This document shows, piece after piece, positions 55,681 through 64,000 of a DNA stretch of 64,000 bases. Source of the stretch: Callorhinchus milii (taxonomy: Eukaryota). Position numbers and translations under genes: made by a program. Position 1 is the first letter of the stretch. The number at the start of each line of letters is the position of its first letter. The stretch covers positions 2,294,001 to 2,358,000 of the forward strand of contig NW_024704771.1 of assembly GCF_018977255.1 (NCBI RefSeq). Direction: 5' to 3'. Under the pieces are notes generated by a model. That model did no database searches. It was not told the DNA's origin and saw only the letters and a list, made by a program, of their open reading frames with translations.

Positions 55681-58600
55681 TTATACTGTCATCGCACAGA
55701 TTGTCAGTGGCTTGGAGTTTTTCCCATCAACATTAAACCAGGGACTGAAGTAAGGATAAAGTTTCTCAGTGAAAGTGTGGGTGAAAGTGTGGAGATGAGA
55801 CATGTTATCAGCATTGTAAAATGTCACCTGTCCCCCCTCATAGTCGAGGAAAATTCCGATCTTCCTGGGTCTCTCGCTCAGAGGGCAGGGAGTAGGAGGT
55901 GACGTACCAGCCTCATATTCATTCCCATTTCTCATAGTCATTCTCCAGTATCCAGCCTCTGGTGCCAGTATGATTACCCCCTTTCTATTGATGGACTCCC
56001 TGGCCACTCCCACATCCCAGTCAGTCTTGTTGCCCACCTGTACCTCCCAATAATGTCTCCCTGATGTGAAGCCCTCAGATCCCAGGACACTGACACAGGA
56101 ATCAAACCTCTCTGGGGTGTCAGGGAGCAACTTCTGTTGGGCCCCCAGTCTTACACTTTTCAGGTCCTCAGACAGGATGAGCCGGGGATGGGCTGTGTCA
56201 GGATCCAGAGTGACTGTAACTGGAATCAAAAACACACATAATCCTAATCCAACACTGATTTACATTTTTAAACATAGATTTATTCATAGATTCATAGAAT
56301 GTTATGACACAGAAGGAGGCCAGTTGGCCCACCGAGTCTGTGCCGGTTCTTTGACAGAGCATCACTTTCACTAACCCCAATTACCAGCTTTCTCCCCATA
56401 ACTCTGCAAACCCGTCTTCTCCAGATACCTATCCAGTTCTCTCTTAAAAGCTGTTATCGAATCGGACTCCACTGCCCTTTCGGGCAGATCATTCCAAATT
56501 CGAACAACTCGCTGAGTGAAAAAATTTCTTCTAACCTCCCCTCTGCTTCTTTTGGTAGATATCTTAAGACTGTAACCATGAGTCACAGTTACACCTAACA
56601 ACGGAAACAGCTTTTCTCTATCTCGCCTGTCGAAACCTTTCATGATCTTGAAGACCTCAATCAGGTCCCCGTGTAACCTTCTCTGCTCTAAAGGGAAAAG
56701 TCCTAACTTCTCCACTGTCCACATAGCTAAGGTTCCCCATTCCTGGTATCATTCTTGTGATCTCCTCTGCACCCTTTCCAGTGCCTTAATGTCCTTCCTG
56801 AGGTAAGGTGCCCAGAACTGGACGCAGTACTCCAGCTGAGGCCTAACCAGTGTTTTGTATAGATTAACCATAACCCCTACTCTTATACTCTAAGCCCCTA
56901 CTAATGAAGCTCAGTACACCAAATGCCATTTTTACTGCCTTATCTACCTGCCCCGCTACCTTTAATGATTCGCTTACTACAACACCCAGATCTCTCTGTA
57001 CGCTCACCCCCCTTAAGATTGAGCTACCAAGTCTATATTGCCTCCTATCATTTTTCCTACCTAAGTGTATCACCTCACACTTACCCATATTGAAATCCAT
57101 CTGCCAATGTCAGCCCATTCCACCATTCTGTGTATGTCTGCTTGCAGTTAGTACAGTCCTCCTCACTATTTACTACCCGACCTAACTTTGTATCATTTGC
57201 AAACTTGGAAATAGTGCTCTCTGTGCCCAAGTCCAGATCATTAATATATATTAGAAAGAGCAGTGGTCCCAATACCGATCCCTGGGGGACACCGCTGCAC
57301 ACCTCCTTCCATTTCGAGAAGCACCCATTAACCACCAACCTCTTTCTGTCACTGTCACTGAGACAGTTCTTAATCCAAACTGCCACTTAATACCGTGGGC
57401 CTCTAATTTTTGTATTAATCTCTTATGCGGTACTGTGTCAAAAGCCTTTTTGAAATCCATGTAAATAACGTCCACCGCATTTCCCTCATCAACCCTCGCA
57501 GTTGTTAGAATTTACACTTTTTATATAATGTTAGAATCATAATAGATGTTGTGAATGGGTTAATTTTAAGTTAAGTGTGGGCAGTCATGGGATAGGACAC
57601 ATCTGGTTTTCTCTGTTTTTGAAAGAATAACATACAGGGGCAGGGGGTCGCCTCTTATCAGTAAATGACAACAAGCCCACAGAGCTAACGGTCCAAGGTA
57701 CCAGTCGACACAGGATCTCGACTGAGCAATAAGTCGCTAGATTCTGACAGGGCCAACCGACAGAAGGCAACCCCCAAGAATAGCAATTAATGAGCAAGTT
57801 GCTTAAACTAGAGGGCCTTGGTACCATCCCGGGATACTGATAAGAAATAACCAGTCACTTAAAAGGAATGTACTAATGATCCCACACCACAAAATAATGA
57901 GCACCAGATACAGTGCTAAACTGATCAATCCTCTATCTTAGACAATTAGATCAGATAACGGGGGTCTTAAGGACAATGTATATGTGTGCTGAGGCACGTA
58001 CACCCCATGAGATGTTCACGTGAACCCAGCATGATCTTGGCCAGGTGACCTAATGTCCGCACCATGATTGGATGGACACAAGCTTAAGACACTGTGCCAG
58101 ACCAAGATCAGTGCGCGCCCAGGACAGTACCCACCGTGGATGGAAGACTGAGAGCTAGAAGACAGAAGTAGACGACCACGAGGAGGAATTATGCGGTAGT
58201 ATTGTTCTGTTAGTAAATTGATTGATTGTGCTTACTTGCCCACGCCCATCGGGAACTTGGACGGATCCTGGAGTTTAATAAACACTACTCTGGTTGCAAA
58301 CAGTGATTGTGTTTGATTGGAACTCGAAAAGAAGATTTTATTTTCTAACACAGTCACCTCTTCAAAAAATTCTATTAGATTTGTTAGGCAAGATTTGTCT
58401 TTAACAATCCATGGTGGCGGTCTCTAATTACCTCATGTTCCTCTAAGTAGAGATTTATTTTGTCCTGGATTACAGTCTCCAGTAGCTTTCCTATTACCGA
58501 AGTTAGGCTGACTGGCCTGTAATGTCCGGGCTTGTCTTTCTGCCCCTTTTTGTAGAGTGGGGTAACATTAGCCACTCTCCAGTCTCTTGGCACCACTCCT

Positions 58601-61600
58601 GTGTCCAATGAAGATTGAAGTATAATAGCCAAAGCCTCCGCTATTTGAACCCGTATCTCCCACAGCAACCTTGGGTCAAACCCATCTGGTCCTGGTGACT
58701 TATCAATTTTGAGCCCAGTCAATCTTTTCGGAACTTCCTCTCTGTCTATAGTAATCTGATCTATGTCCTCTACCCTCTCATCCAATACTGTGGCATTTGG
58801 GGCATCCATTTCTGTTGTGAAGACAGATGTAAAGTACCCGTTCAGTACATCAGCCCTGTCCTCTGCCTCCACAACAAGATGGCCGTCATTGTCTTTGATT
58901 GGCCCCACCCTACCTTTAACTAACGTTTTTTCCTTTATGTGCTCGTAAAATATTTTAGGATTCCCCTTTATGTTACCCGCTAACCTCTTCTCATGTGATC
59001 TTTTTGCCTGTCTTATCACTCTTTTATGATCACTCCTGCAGTCTCTATAGTATCTTGCGTCTTCCAATTGTCATACGCCGTCTTCTTCTTTTTCATCCTA
59101 GACAGAATATCCCTGGTCATCCAGGATGGCTTGGTTGTCGCACATTTCCCTTTTGTGTGAATATATCTATTTAGACCTTGAGCTTTCATATCTTTGAAGA
59201 TCTCCCATTGCTCATGAGTCATTTTACCTGCTCATCTTACTTGCCAGTCCACCAACTCTTAGTCCCTTTTTAGCCCATCAAAATTAGTTCATCCTTAACT
59301 GTACTTTGTCCCTGTTCATGAGTAATCTAAATCTAATAATATTATGGTCACTGTTACCTAGATGCTCCCTTACCGAAATCTGTTCAACCCCTATTTCATT
59401 CCCCAGGACTAGATCCAGCAATGCTTCCTTCCTTGTAGGACTGGAGACATACTGCTCATGAAAATTTTCCTGTACCCAGTCTATGAATCTTTCTCCTGCC
59501 TTGCCCTTAGCGCTGGTATTTTGCCAATCTATATTGGGATAATTGAAATCCCCCATTATCACAACTCTGTTCGCCTTACATCTGTCCGTGATCTGGTTGC
59601 AGATCTGCTCCTCTATCTCCTTCCTACTATCTGGTGGTCTATAGTAAACCCCTATCAGTGTAACCACTCCTTTCTCATTTCTTATCTCTAACCAGATGGA
59701 TTCTGTTGTTGGACCCTACAGAGCCGCATTCCTTTCTACAGCTATAATTGTATCCTTAACTAATATTGTCACCCCTCCTCCTTTTCTTCCTTCTCTATCC
59801 TTCCTGAACACATTATTTCCTGGAATATTTAACTCCCATTCCTGTCCTGGCTTGAGTCATGTCTCGGTTACTGCCACCACATCGTAAGCCCCTACGCCAG
59901 TTGAACCTGGTGCTCATCAACCTTATTCCCTCAGCTACGTGCATTTAGGTACATGCATTTGAGGAAATTGTCCGCTTGTACCTGCTCTACACTTCCCACT
60001 TGTCTTTTTCCTCTAATCTCTAATCCATTGTTTATCTTTGGATATCCATCCCCCCTCAACACTAGTTTATTTCCATCCCTACAGCATTTGATAATCTCTT
60101 GGCAAGGAAGCTCACCCCTGCCTTGCTTAAGTGCCGCCCATCCTCAAGGTAAAGATCCCACCTCCCCCAGTCATGGTCCCAATTGTCCAGAAAACGGAAA
60201 CCTTCTTTTGCGGAACATTTCTCCAGCCAATCGTTCATGCGCCTGATCCTTTCACTGTGGTGTCCCGTTGCCCGAGGTACCAGGAGCAACCCAGAGATCA
60301 CCACCTTGGATGTTCTGGACTTGAGTTTGCTCCCCAGCTTTTGATACTCGTCCTGAAGCATCTCAGCCCTCTTCTTACCAATGTCGTGGGTCCCCACATG
60401 GACCACGACTTCTGGACATTCTCCTCCCCCCCCCCGAAAAATCTTGTCCATGTGCTCTGTGAAGTCCTCTACCCTTTCACCAGGAAGGCAGCAAACTATC
60501 CTTGCCTCACGATTCTGATTGCAGAAGATCCTGTCAGTGCCTCTTACTATATAATCCCCTATCACAACTGTATTGCCCTTGTGAACCATGCCCTTGTCCT
60601 GTTGGACAGAATGTCCACTGCTGTGCTCACGAGAGGCTTCCACGCTCTCGATAGCTAATGTTGAGTACCGATTAGAGACTGGTACTCTGTTGGGGGTGCT
60701 CTGCCTTGAACAAGCCCTCTTCTTGCCCCATCACACTGTCACCCAATCACTCTTAGCATGAATGAAGGGTGGCTGTGTGTTGGGCTCCCCTGGGAGTGGT
60801 CCTTTTCTTGAAGTCTGACCTCCCGATAGCTCCAGTACCCTTCTCTCATTGCCCCTATACAGCGATGGGCTGCTATAACTGAGTCCTAGGGGAATGAGAG
60901 TCTCCACCATGCTGTCCAGGAAACTCTCACTGTCCCTGATGGAGCACAGTGTCTGCACCTGAGACTCCAGCTCAGCTATTCTAAGTTGGAGCTTGCTCAG
61001 TTGCAGACATTTGCTGCAGATGAAGTCACCCGGGCTCAGGTTGCCCTCCATCAACTCCCACATACCACATTCCTCGCACATCACCTGCCAGGCCATTATC
61101 TATCTCCTCTTACTTCCCCTTAGGAACCAGCACCTAATTCCCACTCTCACCAAATTCCTGCACGCTCTGGCCTCACCTCACTCCAGACATAGCTCACTCT
61201 CGGTTCTCTGCTCGAGTGAGGCTCTTGCAGCTATCTCCTATTTATATTCTCTGGGTGCAACCAGTTTCTGATTGCTCAACAGTAATTTGGAATTAACACC
61301 TAATCAAGTGATTAATCAATAAGTTACTTGTTATTGGCTCGGCCTAGTTAGCCCCAGCTGCTCATATGTTTACTTGATTTGAAACAAATAAAACACAATA
61401 ATTCGGCCCCTTTCATTTCAATTTTTTTTACAAACAGATTTGTTTTAAACTTAATGGAACTGAAAGCAACAATTGTGAGTCATTGGAAAAATCTGAAAGT
61501 TCCCCATTTGTTAGTTTGTTCCTATATCTGAGTCTGAAGGTTGTGGGTTAAAGCCCGGCGAGTAAGGAATTTGAGCTCATAATCTACTCCAGTCCAGTGC

Positions 61601-63378
61601 TGGGCATATTCTCCATTGTTGGAGGCTCATCTGTAATCATTAGAATATACAGAAACAGACCATTTGGCCCAACTGGCTATGCCGGTGTTTATGCTCCACA
61701 TGAGCCTCCTCATCCCCTTCCTCAACTAAGCCTTCAAGCATAACCTTCTTTTCCTTTCTCCCTCATGTACATATCTAGCTTTTCCTTAAATACATATATG
61801 CTATTTGCCTCAACTCCTTGCGGTAGCATGTTCCACATTCCCACTTCTCTCTGCGTGAAGAAATTTCTTCTAACTTCCTTTTTTGATCCATTTGAAACCA
61901 TTTTATATTGATTGCTTATATTGTCAGCTTTGACTATGTAATTCCACGTTCCCAAATAAGGCTGGAACCCACATTTCTGACTCAAGAGCTGAGAGTTCTC
62001 CCTCTGCACCAGGCTGACACACGCTAACTCAAAGCTCAATCTGTGTCTGTTCAGATGAAGTTGAAAGATTCTAACTTTCTATTTGAAAAGAGAAGGGACT
62101 AAACCGATACACGTACAGCCTCTGGAACAAGAGAATGGGCTACTCTTCACACACAGCACTGGCCCCCGAATTCTTCCATCTCTAAAAAACCTCACCGTCT
62201 GGAACACCATGCCACAATCCCTTTGCCTCGTTCCCTCCTTTGCCACCTTAAGACCCTCCTCTTCAAACATGCCTTCAGCCAGCATCGTACCTCTACCCAC
62301 TCTGCCCTCCACCCTCCCTAATCCCAACCGCCCCCTTCCCCATCCTCCCACCAATGCTCGTATCCTAATCCCTGACTGTTCAGCACCTTGGGACGTCTTC
62401 CCGATGTGAAAGACGCGCTATAAATGTAATTTTTTTGTTGTTGTTCAGTGCCTTGGGACATCTTCCCGACATGAAAGGCACTTTATAAATGTAATTTTGT
62501 ATTTTGTTGTATAATTATATGAAACTTAATCTGCATTTTGTTTCCAGTCATTTTTATTGATTTCCAATATAGGAACCTTATATCTCGCTTCTTTCATTTT
62601 TCAAACTAAGCATTTGGAAATCTGCTTCCAATTCTGAAATCTGGGATGATCAACAAGAATGACCCATGTAAAGCTCATATTTTTAAATTCATTTTCACTT
62701 AGTTATACAATGTTGAATAGAATCATAGAATTATACAGCACAGAAGGAGGCCATGAAATTATTCCCACTCCACCACTCTCTCCCCATAACCCTGAAAACT
62801 TGTCCTCCCCAAATAATTATCAACTTCTCTCTTAAAAGTTGTTATGGAATTGGACTGTCGATCAGGGAGGGGGCGGAGGAACGGGGAAGAAAGGGAGGAG
62901 TCAAATCATGATTGATTGACAACCTGGAGCCGCTTGTGGTTGGGTGGAGCCTATCCATTCACAAGCAGCTCTAGGCTGTCAATCACCTCGGAGCTGCTGC
63001 TGATTGGTTCACTTCCTGTCCAATGGACATGGCAATGGGAGGGAGGAGGGGCCAATGGTGTTCCTCTGCTGGGTGGGAAGAAGTAAGGTAACTTCGGTTA
63101 ACCTCAGGCACCTCATAAGATGGACAAAATGGCCAGCCCCAGTTTAAGCCGCTTCCACTGTATTTAATTGTCTACACCTTTACCAACTAAGCTACCTGGG
63201 GCCTTTGGATAATTTTTATCATGTCACTTTATTCCGATTTATGGATCGTATTTATGAATTTTAAAATTGATGAGATAATTTTGTAAGTTTAGGGAGTAAG
63301 AAGCTTTTTGCAGTTATTTCCACTGTGAGCCATTAATACAGGGACTCTTACCTGCACAAATAAGCATCCATTCCCACT
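55681..63378 (-). CDS. Third B30.2 gene, partial: last two exons (63352-63378 and 55681-56219), probably butyrophilin-like gene 3; upstream exons lie beyond the window
   Basis: 27-nt exon ttcttcag|EWEWMLICA|gtaaga, then an intact 539-nt exon [44 protein letters not shown]. The B30.2 is closest to gene 2. A TRIM identity cannot be excluded without the upstream exons. Confidence 0.8.
57503..58350 (+). mobile_element. Solo LTR (848 bp) inserted into the CR1
   Basis: Termini TGTTAGAA...TTCTAACA form an 8-bp inverted repeat (TG..CA). CAGT is duplicated on both sides (57499-57502 and 58351-58354). AATAAA at 58277-58282. The CR1 sequence resumes seamlessly. Confidence 0.88.
60062..61096 (-). pseudogene. 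CR1 ORF1 (zinc-finger/leucine-zipper N-terminus plus SGNH/GDSL esterase-like domain) with one in-frame TGA
   Basis: [21 protein letters not shown], then [15 protein letters not shown], then [26 protein letters not shown]. ORFs 60731-61096 and 60062-60643 are in one frame, with a single stop at 60731-60733. Confidence 0.88.
62150..62450 (+). mobile_element. L2 3' UTR and tail
   Basis: cagcaccttgggacgtcttcccgatgtgaaagacgcgctataaatg. Confidence 0.7.
62914..62984 (+). other. 71-nt long hairpin inside a cluster of promoter-like motifs
   Basis: The arms gattgacaacctggagccgcttgtg and cacaagcagctctaggctgtcaatc are complementary at 22 of 25 positions. The inner stem continues with G-U pairs to a 3-nt loop. 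Confidence 0.7.
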
Positions 63379-64000
63379 CTGAAGAAAAAGGAGAAAGGGA
63401 CAGATGATTAAATCTTCAGGAGGAATCAAGAACAAAGTTTCAGGACAAGTCATTCAGCCCATTGTACTCATTCCCGCATTTTACAAAACCATTTAATTTA
63501 TTTTTCTCTTTGCTTTTCTCGATTTCCCTTAAATACACTTCTGCCGAAGGATCCTTATATTTCCCTTTTAAGCATAATATAACAATTCTGTATCTAAGAC
63601 CTTCTAGTACTCTGTGTTTTGCTTTCTTACAAGTCTCTATGTAAAGAAATGTTTTCTGATTTCACTTCTAATTGGAACAGAACTAATTTTTGGACTATGT
63701 CCCCAGAGTAACTAGAAATCCCCCTATCTATCTGGCCTATTATTTTGAATAACTCAATCAGATCACCACTTAATATACACTTAATCTATTAATCACCGCA
63801 GATACTACGTGCCAGTTACCTTAATATCAGTAGTAATAATAATGATATTCCTTATTTGATAGAGGGTCTTATTCTGTATTCAGGAGATCTCAAAGCGCTT
63901 CACTGAATATACTGTAAAGTGAATTGACTGTATAATTTTTTGGATGGGACGAAGCCGCCAAATGCGCACAGCAGTGTCCCACAAACAGTCATAGATTGAG

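Larger units (their letters stand above)
56285..61250 (-). mobile_element. Near-full-length CR1 LINE (ORF1 plus decayed endonuclease-RT ORF2)
   Basis: Tail at 56285-56330. RT motifs [16 protein letters not shown] and [20 protein letters not shown], endonuclease motifs IGVYYRPP and [11 protein letters not shown], and ORF1 upstream. The 5' boundary is approximate. Confidence 0.93.

Overview
Vertebrate genomic DNA, most likely a cartilaginous fish (chimaera or shark). That call is inferred from the repeat landscape (CR1 LINEs, L2 LINEs, tRNA-headed SINEs with L2 tails) and the style of the TRIM protein; the species is not determined. The window holds an immune gene cluster rich in B30.2 (PRY-SPRY) domains. 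It has one + strand TRIM gene (RING, B-box, coiled-coil, B30.2; 6262-9796) disabled by two frameshifts and a nonsense codon. It also has a tandem - strand array of butyrophilin-like genes with the layout leader, IgV, IgC, TM, 18-nt exon, 27-nt exon, B30.2. Gene 1 (19640-31423) has a single 1-nt frameshift in a G run. Gene 2 (38355-50280) is intact at 465 aa. Gene 3 (55681-63378) is partial and runs off the window. The most interesting signals suggest modular reshuffling. The two IgV exons are nearly identical over the first 41 residues but differ at about 30 of the last 76. The B30.2 of gene 1 resembles that of the neighbouring TRIM more than those of its sister genes. Also present are an isolated HSP70 fragment fused to a telomere-variant repeat, a near-full-length CR1 interrupted by a solo LTR with a clear target-site duplication, segmentally duplicated non-coding blocks, and two unexplained long hairpins. 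All alignments and counts were done by eye.
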